Assembly (NCBI GenBank): GCA_965648935.1
Contig: CBFGIY010000019.1
Location: 1-33,674, forward strand
DNA from: a candidate division WOR-3 bacterium
GTDB taxonomy: Bacteria; Hydrothermota; Tepidihabitantia; Tepidihabitantales; Tepidihabitantaceae
Reading direction: 5' to 3'
DNA: 33,674 bases
Positions 9,814 through 17,316 of the stretch are shown here, piece after piece. The notes below the pieces were generated by a model. The model saw nothing but the letters and a program-made list of their open reading frames with translations, had not been told where the DNA came from and did no database searches. Position 1 is the first letter of the stretch; every line of letters begins with the position of its first letter. The position numbers and the translations under genes were made by a program.

Positions 9814-9944
9814 TGCGACGCGCCGGGACTGATTCTACTTGCGGTGCCGGCCTTGAGCGCGGCCTTGCGCGCTGCCTTCGCCCGCTTTGCCTTCACCTTG
9901 TTGCGGTGGCGGATGCGGACGAGTTTGGTCTTGCTGCGTGCCAT
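9810..9944 (-). CDS. small very basic protein, 44 aa (MARSKTKLVRIRHRNKVKAKRAKAARKAALKAGTASRISPGASQ), absent from the ORF track
   Basis: Strong RBS AAAGGAG 4 nt before the ATG at 9944. Mostly G/C-ending codons. TGA overlaps the addB GTG start (GTGA). Fills the whole gap in the operon. Confidence 0.8.
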   Translation of the reverse strand: MARSKTKLVRIRHRNKVKAKRAKAARKAALKAGTASRISPGASQ

Positions 9945-9963
9945 TGGACTCCTTTGCTTCGTT

Positions 9964-11373
9964 CTATCTCACGAGAAACAGCCGGCGCGTTCCGCTGTCG
10001 TCAACAACGAAGTACGGGCCGGCGCGGGCCGGCAGGCCGTCGCCGTGGCCGCCGTCCCAGACGACTTCATCGCTCGGGGGAAGACGCCGGATGAGACGGC
10101 CTGACGGGTCGAGAACGCTCGTTGCGCCCGAGCACGGCCCAAGCGCAAGCGGCGCGGCGCCGAAGACCGCGGGGCGCCCGGGCCGCGGCAGGGCTGCCCT
10201 TTCCGCGAAGCCGGTGAATGGCCGGCTGTGCAGGCAGTAGATCTGCGATGATTCGGGCGTCGGGCCGGTGACGACCAGGCAGTGGGCGGCGCGGTCCGGC
10301 GACAGCGCAATCGCGCCGCCCGACGTCTGGCCGTCAGCGCGCAGGGCCGAGTTGTAGAACAGGCTGTCGGGCCGAAGCCAGCAGTGGTAGATGCGCTCGG
10401 TGTTGATGTTGCCGGTGATCTGTTCCCAGGACGCGTGCAGGGTGCCCGACGCAAAGGCGAAGCCGCGCAGCGCAGCGCTGGCGTCAGCGGTCATCAGGCG
10501 TGCGGGTTGCCACGTGCGCGTGCCGGCCGGGCGGTGCAAATAGAAGGTATGAAACGGCATGCCCCAGCCTTCGTTGCCGCTGACCACGAGGTGCAGCTCG
10601 CCGTCGGCGCGCGCGGCCAGAGCAGAGGAGTAGTCGGCCAGGTTCGCGGTGACGAGCGATTCATAGGTCCAGGTCGTGTCGCCCGGAGCGGCATTCTCGG
10701 CGTGGTGTATGCGGTAGGCCGGGTAGTCGCCGCCGCGGTAAGTGATGTGGGTGATGCCGGCAGGTGAGACCGCAATGAACGGCTCGGCGCCCGAACCGAA
10801 GCCGCCGAGCTGGCTCTCGTGCAGGATGTGAGCGACCCAGCGGCCGGACCGGTCGGTCGCCCAGGCGATGCGGAAGGCGCGCGAGGAGTCGCGCGTTATC
10901 CACGCGACGTGGGCGTGGCCGTCCCTGTCAACCGCGACAGCCGGCCGGTAGTCATCAATCGTATCGAGGCTCAGTCGCACGGTCTGCCAGGAGCCCGAAC
11001 GGTTGGTGCCGTAGAACACGTCCTGCCGGCTGCCCCAGGGCGCACACCATGCGGCGTGGGCCGCGCCGGTCGCAAGGTCGATCGCGAGCGCCGGCCCGTA
11101 GGCCGTGCTTTCCGCGACGGTCAGCGGTGCAGTCCAAGCCGAGTCTGCCGGCTTGCGGCTGTAAACGACTCGGAAGGGTCCGTTGCCGGCCCGCTCGGAC
11201 CAGAGCGCATGCAGGTTGCCGAAAGCATCGGCGGCAAGCGCCTGCATTCCGAGAGACTTGCCGTTCGTGTTGCGGGTAAGCGTATCGATTGAAGTGGTTA
11301 CCCATCCCTGAGCATAGAGGAGCAGCGGCAAGAAGAGCGCGAACAGGAAGAGGGCCGCGGTCCGGCGAATCAC
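9964..11373 (-). CDS. secreted beta-propeller-like protein with FlgD/T9SS-type C-terminal domain
   Basis: Start reassigned to GTG 11373, which overlaps the asnS stop and gives a signal peptide (MIRRTAALFLFALFLPLLLYAQ). Repeated P.IAVD..G..HVAW units. C-terminal VLDPSGRLIRRL...VWDG...G...AGPYFV. Confidence 0.75.
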   Translation of the reverse strand: MIRRTAALFLFALFLPLLLYAQGWVTTSIDTLTRNTNGKSLGMQALAADAFGNLHALWSERAGNGPFRVVYSRKPADSAWTAPLTVAESTAYGPALAIDLATGAAHAAWCAPWGSRQDVFYGTNRSGSWQTVRLSLDTIDDYRPAVAVDRDGHAHVAWITRDSSRAFRIAWATDRSGRWVAHILHESQLGGFGSGAEPFIAVSPAGITHITYRGGDYPAYRIHHAENAAPGDTTWTYESLVTANLADYSSALAARADGELHLVVSGNEGWGMPFHTFYLHRPAGTRTWQPARLMTADASAALRGFAFASGTLHASWEQITGNINTERIYHCWLRPDSLFYNSALRADGQTSGGAIALSPDRAAHCLVVTGPTPESSQIYCLHSRPFTGFAERAALPRPGRPAVFGAAPLALGPCSGATSVLDPSGRLIRRLPPSDEVVWDGGHGDGLPARAGPYFVVDDSGTRRLFLVR

Positions 11374-12659
11374 GGATAGACCTTTTCCAGCATTCGCGGG
11401 AACGGAATTGTCTCGCGGATGTGTTTCAGTCCGCAAATCCAGGCTACCGTGCGCTCCAGACCGAGCCCGAAGCCGGAGTGCGGGAACGAGCCGAAACGGC
11501 GCAGGTCGAGGTACCACTCGTAGGCCTGGCGCGGAAGCCTGTACTCGTCGATGCGCTTGTTCAGTTCGCTCAGGCTGTCCTCGCGCTGGGAGCCGCCGAC
11601 GATCTCGCCGTAGCCTTCAGAGGCGATCATATCGAAGGCAAGGGCCAGGTCAGGGTGCTCGGGGTCGCGCTTCATGTAGAAAGCCTTGATCGCGCCGGGG
11701 TAACGGTGGACCATCACCGGCCGGTCAAATGACTCGCCGAGCAGCGTCTCGTCCTCGGCCCCGAAGTCGTCGCCGAAACTGATGCTTCTGCCCTTCTGCC
11801 GGAGCAGTTCGACTGCCTCGCCGTAGGAGATGCGCGGGAACGGCGTCTTGACGGCTTCGAGTCTGGCGGTGTCGCGCTCGAGCACGGAAAGCTCGGCGCG
11901 GCGCCGCTCGAGCACGCGCGCGACGGTGTAGGCGACGAGCTCCTCGGCCAGGGCCATATCGCCGTCGAGGTCGAGGAAGGCCGCCTCGGGTTCAAGCATC
12001 CAGAACTCCATCAGGTGGCGGCGGGTCTTGGACTTTTCGGCGCGGAATGTCGGGCCGAAGCAGTAGGTCCGACGTACGGCCGCGGCGATGGCCTCGTTGT
12101 AGAGCTGGCCGGTCTGGGCGAGGTAAACCTGCTCGCCATAGTAGTCAACCGGGAACAGCGTCGTCGTTCCTTCGCCCGCGGCCGGCGTGAGTATCGGCGT
12201 GTCGCCGAGCACGAAGTCGCGCTCATCGAGGAAGTCGCGCATCGCCTTTACCATCTCCGAGCGGATGCGCAGCACCGCGTGCTGGCGGCGCGAGCGAAGC
12301 CAGAGGTGACGGTGCTCCATCAGGAACTCGACCCCGTGCTCCTTGGGCGATATCGGATATGGCTCGGCCGAGGCGATGAGCCTGAGGTCGGTCGCGGTCA
12401 GCTCGTGCCCGCCCGGGGCACGCTTGTCTTCGCGCACGATGCCGGTCAGTTCTATCGAGGATTCCTGCGTTACCGAGTCGGCGAGCTCGAAGGCGGCATC
12501 GGGAACCTGGCCTTGGACGAACACCGACTGGATGATGCCAGTGCCGTCGCGCAGCATCAGGAATCTTATCTTACCCGACGAACGCTTGTTGAAAACCCAG
12601 CCGGTGAGGCGGACTTCCTGCCCGTTCCAGTTGCCGATCCTGTCCACTGTTGGAGTCAT
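11370..12659 (-). CDS. asnS: asparagine--tRNA ligase
   Basis: OB-fold N-terminus, HRHLWLRS, YLAQTGQLY, FGPTFRAEKSKTRRHLMEFWMLEPE, GEIVGGSQRE and PHSGFGLGLER. ATG 12659 preferred because the track's GTG at 12680 falls inside the promoter spacer. Confidence 0.95.
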   Translation of the reverse strand: MTPTVDRIGNWNGQEVRLTGWVFNKRSSGKIRFLMLRDGTGIIQSVFVQGQVPDAAFELADSVTQESSIELTGIVREDKRAPGGHELTATDLRLIASAEPYPISPKEHGVEFLMEHRHLWLRSRRQHAVLRIRSEMVKAMRDFLDERDFVLGDTPILTPAAGEGTTTLFPVDYYGEQVYLAQTGQLYNEAIAAAVRRTYCFGPTFRAEKSKTRRHLMEFWMLEPEAAFLDLDGDMALAEELVAYTVARVLERRRAELSVLERDTARLEAVKTPFPRISYGEAVELLRQKGRSISFGDDFGAEDETLLGESFDRPVMVHRYPGAIKAFYMKRDPEHPDLALAFDMIASEGYGEIVGGSQREDSLSELNKRIDEYRLPRQAYEWYLDLRRFGSFPHSGFGLGLERTVAWICGLKHIRETIPFPRMLEKVYP

Positions 12660-12665
12660 CAGCGG

Positions 12666-12693
12666 ATTGTAGGAGCGCACTGCGCCAAGTCAA
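12666..12693 (-). promoter_or_regulatory. sigma70-like promoter of asnS (leaderless geometry)
   Basis: TTGACT (12693-12688), 16-nt spacer, TACAAT (12671-12666), then 6 nt to the ATG with no Shine-Dalgarno. Confidence 0.75.
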
Positions 12694-12723
12694 GCCGCTG
12701 GAATGGGTCCGTCCCGGAGCGTA

Positions 12724-12752
12724 TTGACAACCGGGGTGATTTGGGTAAGACT
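12724..12752 (+). promoter_or_regulatory. putative promoter of tRNA-Ala(GGC)
   Basis: Perfect TTGACA at 12724-12729. Weaker -10 within TAAGACT (12746-12752). Confidence 0.5.
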
Positions 12753-12766
12753 TAGTCTTGTCCTTT

Positions 12767-12839
12767 GGGGCCGTGGCGCAGTTGGGAGCGCGCTTGACTG
12801 GCAGTCAAGAGGTCACGGGTTCAACTCCCGTCGGCTCCA
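12767..12839 (+). tRNA. tRNA-Ala(GGC)
   Basis: Acceptor GGGGCCG/CGGCTCC with G3:U70. Anticodon arm CTTGA-CTGGCAG-TCAAG. T arm GGTTCAACTCC. Discriminator A; CCA not encoded. Confidence 0.97.
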
Positions 12840-12894
12840 ATCAGTCCGACTAGAGACCGAATGCCAACTACCTCGTAACAGAAGGAGCTTGTCG

Positions 12895-14070
12895 ATGGCA
12901 GCACGCAGAGACCTCGTACTGGCGGCAGCGCTGGTACTGCTGGCGGCGGCCTGCGTCACAACGCAGACCGTGAAGCCGATGACCGAGGATGAGCTGAAGG
13001 CGAAGCGCGAGGCGGCGCAGCAGAGCTACAGCATCGGCCAGGGCTATTTCGCGCAGAACAACCTTGGTCCGGCTCTGGAGAACTTCGAGGCCGCGCTGGC
13101 GGCCGACTCGTCCTTCTACGAGGCTTATGTTGCGATCGGCATAGTCTATAAGCGGATGCGTGACCCGGTCCAGTCCGAGGATTTCTTCCGCCGTGCCATA
13201 GCCCGCGACCCGATGCAGGCCAAGGCGTACGAGGGGCTAGGCGACCTTTTCGTGGAGCTCGGCAGGCTTGAAGATGCAGAAAGGGTGTACTCAGAAGGTC
13301 TGTCGCGAGACCCCTCGCTCGTCGATCTTTACAACGGCCTCGCCGAGGTGTTCGTCAAGCGCGGCCAGATGAGCCGGGCCGACTCGCTGTACAAGATCGC
13401 GCTGGCGCGTTTCCCGGACGAGGTGAGCGTCCAGCGACTATGGTCGGAGTTTCTCATCAAGCAGGGCCGCCATCAGGAGGCCGCGGACGCGCTTGTGCCG
13501 CTGGTCAGGCGCTTTCCGACCGTTGACGTGCTCCGCGAGAAGCTGGCGATAAGCTACGTCGAGCTGAAGAAGTATCCTGAGGCGCTGGCTCAGTTCGACA
13601 CGCTCCTGGTCACGAATCCGGGCAACACCTACTACCTGCTACAGCAGGGCGTGATTCTCGCCCGGCAGGGACGTTCGCGCCAGGCGATCGAGAAGTTTGA
13701 TGCCGTCATCAGGGCTGACACGACCAAGCCGGACGGCCATAATTACAAGGGCGACGTCTATGTCCAGCAGAACAACCTCGACGCGGCAGAGGCGAGCTAC
13801 CGCCGCGCCCTGGCCCGTGACCCGGGTAACGCGCAGGCCAGCGTCGGCATCGGCGATGTGTACCGTCGTCGCGCCGACAGTCAGCGCGGGACTGATCTGA
13901 GCAGGACTTCGACAGCCAACCTGCGCTCGGCCAAGGCCAACTACGAGCAGGCCAGGTCCTTCTATCAGCGTGCGGCCGGCGACTCAGGCTACCAGTCCTA
14001 CATTCGCTCCCAGCTTGATTACATCAACCGCGCCGTGGAGGCGGTCGACAAGGAGCTGTTCATCCGCTGA
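12895..14070 (+). CDS. tetratricopeptide-repeat lipoprotein
   Basis: Start reassigned to ATG 12895 after an AAGGAG RBS (the track's extension runs through the tRNA). Lipobox-like LLAAAC. Multiple TPR units such as AYEGLGDLFVELGRLEDAERVYSEGLSRDP. Confidence 0.88.
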   Translation: MAARRDLVLAAALVLLAAACVTTQTVKPMTEDELKAKREAAQQSYSIGQGYFAQNNLGPALENFEAALAADSSFYEAYVAIGIVYKRMRDPVQSEDFFRRAIARDPMQAKAYEGLGDLFVELGRLEDAERVYSEGLSRDPSLVDLYNGLAEVFVKRGQMSRADSLYKIALARFPDEVSVQRLWSEFLIKQGRHQEAADALVPLVRRFPTVDVLREKLAISYVELKKYPEALAQFDTLLVTNPGNTYYLLQQGVILARQGRSRQAIEKFDAVIRADTTKPDGHNYKGDVYVQQNNLDAAEASYRRALARDPGNAQASVGIGDVYRRRADSQRGTDLSRTSTANLRSAKANYEQARSFYQRAAGDSGYQSYIRSQLDYINRAVEAVDKELFIR

Positions 14071-14078
14071 GGAGGCAG

Positions 14079-14582
14079 ATGCTCGACCGGCACGTTCTTC
14101 TGCTCAATCAGAACTACGAGCCGCTGTCGATCTGTCGGGCGCGCCGGGCAATAGTGCTGGTAATGGCCAGCAAGGCCGAGCCGCTGGAGAACTACGAACA
14201 CCGCATTCAGGCTGTGTCGCTGGCAATGCGGGTGCCCAGCGTCCTCAGGCTGAACTATTATGTCAAGGTCAAGCGACGCGAGATACCGCTGACAAAGCGC
14301 AACATCCTGCGCCGGGACGGGGGCGTCTGCCAGTACTGCGGACGGCGCTCGACCGCGATGACCACCGACCACGTGGTGCCGCGCGCGATGGACGGCGGCG
14401 AGAGCTGGGAGAATCTTGTCTGTGCCTGTCCGGAGTGCAACGCGCGCAAGGGCAGTCGGACACCTCAGCAGGCGCGCATGACGCTCGCTCGCCGGCCACG
14501 CAAGCCCAACTACTTCACATTCGCCGTCACCGGTATGGCCAAGGTGCCTGAGGCCTGGCGCCAGTACCTCTTTCTGAGCTAG
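14079..14582 (+). CDS. HNH endonuclease (McrA-like, zinc-binding)
   Basis: VLLLNQNYEPL N-terminus, RRDGGVCQYCG, TTDHVVPR..GG..WENLVCACPECNARKG. GAGGAGG RBS. Confidence 0.92.
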   Translation: MLDRHVLLLNQNYEPLSICRARRAIVLVMASKAEPLENYEHRIQAVSLAMRVPSVLRLNYYVKVKRREIPLTKRNILRRDGGVCQYCGRRSTAMTTDHVVPRAMDGGESWENLVCACPECNARKGSRTPQQARMTLARRPRKPNYFTFAVTGMAKVPEAWRQYLFLS

Positions 14583-14587
14583 TCACG

Positions 14588-16228
14588 GTGCCGGCGCGCA
14601 CGATTGCCGCGCTGCTGGTCGTCGCCGGTCTGACCGCGACGGGCCACATCGGAGAGCGTTTCCAACTGGGCCGGGTCGAGGTTATCGGGCCGCTGCCGCA
14701 CGGCACGCCAAGGCTCGTGACAGCTTTCAGGTCCGGGGATAGTTCCGACCTCGAGGCTGTTCTGGCCGAGGTCAGACGTCTCAGAATGGCGATGGTGGAT
14801 AGCGGCTACCTCTCGGCAAGCCTGCACATAGACACCGCACGAAGCGAGGGCGTGATGGACCTTATCCTGAAGCCGGACTGGGGTTTGAGGCCGCTTGTCC
14901 GTGACTGGCAGGTGTCGTGTGACGACAGCACGTCGGTGGTACTCGTTCGAGGTTCGCTGCCGCGCGGTCGACCGTACACCCGCCCACTTGCCGGACGTGC
15001 TGTGGCGCAGGCCGCAGCAGCACTGCAACGGGCTGGTTTCCCCTTGGCCGAGGTGGCGGTGGTGTCGTTGGCTGAGAGTAGTGGCGGTGTCGTGCCGACT
15101 CTGCGCATCAGGTCCGGGCCGCGACCGAACGTGACCTTCATTGCCTTCCAACCAGAACTCGCTCCCGCGGGCGTTCTCGGGCAGCTGGCCCGGTTTCGTC
15201 CGGGTCCGTACTCATCCACGCGCGTTGCGGCGTGGCGGAGGAACATCGAGTCGTACGGCTTCGCACTTGTTGACAGCGTTGAGATCGTAGCCAGCGCGGT
15301 GGACACCGGCTTGCTTGTGCGCCTGCGCAGGGCGCGGGCCAGCGAGGCGTTTGCTGCAGTGGGTTATTCGGCTGCCGACCGCGTGTTGAGTGGCCACGCT
15401 CGAGTCCGTCTCGGCAACCTTCTCGAGTCTGGCCGGAATCTGTCCGGGATGTGGCAATCGGGCTACGGCGACGTTCAATACGCTGTCGATTACCTGGAGC
15501 CCTGTCTGCTGCGCAGTCCTGTTGACGTTACGGTCGCGATGTCCCATCGTAATACCGACACGAGCTACGCCCACACCCGGGGTCTGGTGCGCGCAGAGCT
15601 GGTCGCCGCAACACCGGTGCGTGTTGTGCTGGAAACCGGGGTGGAGCGGGTAGTCGATGCGGCCCGGGGACGCCGACTCGATGTCACCTGGGCAGGCACA
15701 GGGGTTGTCTACGATGTTCGGAACAGCACAGTCAATCCGAGCCGCGGCTTCAAGGCCGGGGCCGGCACGCGCTTGGGGCTGCGGGATGCGGATTCGAGCT
15801 CCGCCTTGCTCACCGACTACTCGCAGCTTGATTTCGAGGTTGCCGCGCCGGTTGCCGGCTCGGTGGTTGGTTGGGCCGGTCTCGCGTTTCGCGCTGTCTA
15901 CTCGGCGGCGAGTCTGCTGGAACCAGAGCTGAATCGGATGGGCGGTGCCGGTGGTCTGCGCGGCTATCGGGACGGCCAGTTCAGGGCACGTTCGCTCGGC
16001 TGGCTGAGTCTCGAGCCGCGCTATCTTGCAGGCGGCCTCTCCAGGCTGTATCCGTTCGTCGACATCGGCGGCTACGGCGCGGATGGGGCGATAAGGCTGG
16101 CCGCCGCCTGGGGCGTGGGGGCGCGGGTCGGTACCGGGTCCGGTCTTCTTGGTCTTGACTACGGTGTGGCATTCGGTGAGAGCCCGCTCTCTGGTAAGGT
16201 TCACCTGAGCTTGAAGATCGCATTCTAG
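14588..16228 (+). CDS. Omp85 (BamA/TamA-family) outer membrane protein
   Basis: POTRA-like GYL.A and GFP.A segments, NLLESGR, MGGAGGLRGYRDG (VRGY motif), FVDIG, GVGARV...LDYG and C-terminal Phe. Confidence 0.8.
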   Translation: MPARTIAALLVVAGLTATGHIGERFQLGRVEVIGPLPHGTPRLVTAFRSGDSSDLEAVLAEVRRLRMAMVDSGYLSASLHIDTARSEGVMDLILKPDWGLRPLVRDWQVSCDDSTSVVLVRGSLPRGRPYTRPLAGRAVAQAAAALQRAGFPLAEVAVVSLAESSGGVVPTLRIRSGPRPNVTFIAFQPELAPAGVLGQLARFRPGPYSSTRVAAWRRNIESYGFALVDSVEIVASAVDTGLLVRLRRARASEAFAAVGYSAADRVLSGHARVRLGNLLESGRNLSGMWQSGYGDVQYAVDYLEPCLLRSPVDVTVAMSHRNTDTSYAHTRGLVRAELVAATPVRVVLETGVERVVDAARGRRLDVTWAGTGVVYDVRNSTVNPSRGFKAGAGTRLGLRDADSSSALLTDYSQLDFEVAAPVAGSVVGWAGLAFRAVYSAASLLEPELNRMGGAGGLRGYRDGQFRARSLGWLSLEPRYLAGGLSRLYPFVDIGGYGADGAIRLAAAWGVGARVGTGSGLLGLDYGVAFGESPLSGKVHLSLKIAF

Positions 16229-16236
16229 GAGTCGCA

Positions 16237-17019
16237 TTGAGCGAAATCGAAGCACTGGTGCTGGGTGTTGTCCAAGGGACAACCGAATTCCTGCCGGTAT
16301 CGAGCTCTGGTCATCTGGTCGTTCTCGAACACATCTGGCAGGTGCCCGAGACGGCGCGATTGCCGCTGACCGTTGCCCTGCACGTAGGTACCGCGCTTGC
16401 TGTCGTGGTCTTTTTTGCACGCCGTCTCGTTGAGATGGCGACGGGTCTGGCGGCGCCCGATGTCTGCCGTCGGCGAGCGTCGCAGCGGATGGTCTCATCG
16501 GTCGCGGTCGCCAGCATTCCGGCTGCGGCGGTCGGGCTTGGTCTTGGTGACATAGTCGACCGCGCCTTTGGTAGCCCGGTCCTAATCGGAATCTGTCTGC
16601 TTCTCACCGGGGCCATGCTCTTTGGAACGCGGTTTGCACCAGCAGGCAAGTCCGGTCTGAATCTTCGCAGGGCAGTGGTGATCGGACTCGCGCAGGCGGT
16701 TGCAACTCTGCCTGGCATCTCCCGCTCCGGGGCGACTATAGCGGCCGGCCTCTATTGCGGCCTAGACAGGCGCGAGGCTTTCGAGTTCTCCTTCCTGCTG
16801 TCTGTGCCGGCGGTGCTCGGCGCGGTCGCGCTCGAGCTGCCCAAGCTGGCAAACAGCGGACTGAGTCTGGTAGTCGCAGGTATCGGTGCCGCAACGGCGC
16901 TCGCAAGCGGCGTCATCGCCCTGTGGCTGCTGCGCCGTGCCGTTTCCGGCGGGCGCCTGCATAACTTCGCGTGGTACTGCTGGCTTGTCGGGCTGAGCGT
17001 GCTCGTGTTCGTGCGCTAG
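16237..17019 (+). CDS. uppP: undecaprenyl-diphosphate phosphatase
   Basis: LGVVQGTTEFLPVSSSGHL and PGISRSGATI motifs, FSFLLSVPA. TTG start after AGGAG. Confidence 0.96.
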   Translation: MSEIEALVLGVVQGTTEFLPVSSSGHLVVLEHIWQVPETARLPLTVALHVGTALAVVVFFARRLVEMATGLAAPDVCRRRASQRMVSSVAVASIPAAAVGLGLGDIVDRAFGSPVLIGICLLLTGAMLFGTRFAPAGKSGLNLRRAVVIGLAQAVATLPGISRSGATIAAGLYCGLDRREAFEFSFLLSVPAVLGAVALELPKLANSGLSLVVAGIGAATALASGVIALWLLRRAVSGGRLHNFAWYCWLVGLSVLVFVR

Positions 17020-17300
17020 TCGAGCTGCCTCGAGGCGCTGTCGAGCACGTCCAGCCCGTGGTCGCGCCCGACATACTCCATCAGCTTGGACATAGCGCTC
17101 TGGATCATTCGCCACTCGGTGTTGACAAAGACGATGGCGATTCGTGACCGCTGCCACTGGTCTTGGAACTCCACTTCGCAGGCGGCAATGTTGAATTGCC
17201 GGCGCAGGCGGCTCATCAACGAAGAGAGAACACGGCGTTTGTCCTTCAGCGAAACGCTGCCAGGTATGTGGCAGTCGATTTCGAGGAGTCCTACGGGCAC
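17016..17300 (-). CDS. DUF503 (YlxP) family protein
   Basis: VGLLEIDCHIPGSVSLKDKRRVL...FNIAACEV..QDQWQRS. Typical position downstream of infB. Confidence 0.9.
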   Translation of the reverse strand: MPVGLLEIDCHIPGSVSLKDKRRVLSSLMSRLRRQFNIAACEVEFQDQWQRSRIAIVFVNTEWRMIQSAMSKLMEYVGRDHGLDVLDSASRQLD

Positions 17301-17316
17301 GGTTAGTAGGGTGCGG

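Noticed and set aside
11374..11517. N-terminal extension of the propeller ORF in the track
   Set aside because: It lies inside asnS. The GTG at 11373 gives a signal peptide and a GTGA overlap.
12703..12894. N-terminal extension of the TPR ORF
   Set aside because: It runs through tRNA-Ala(GGC). The ATG at 12895 has an RBS and a lipoprotein signal.
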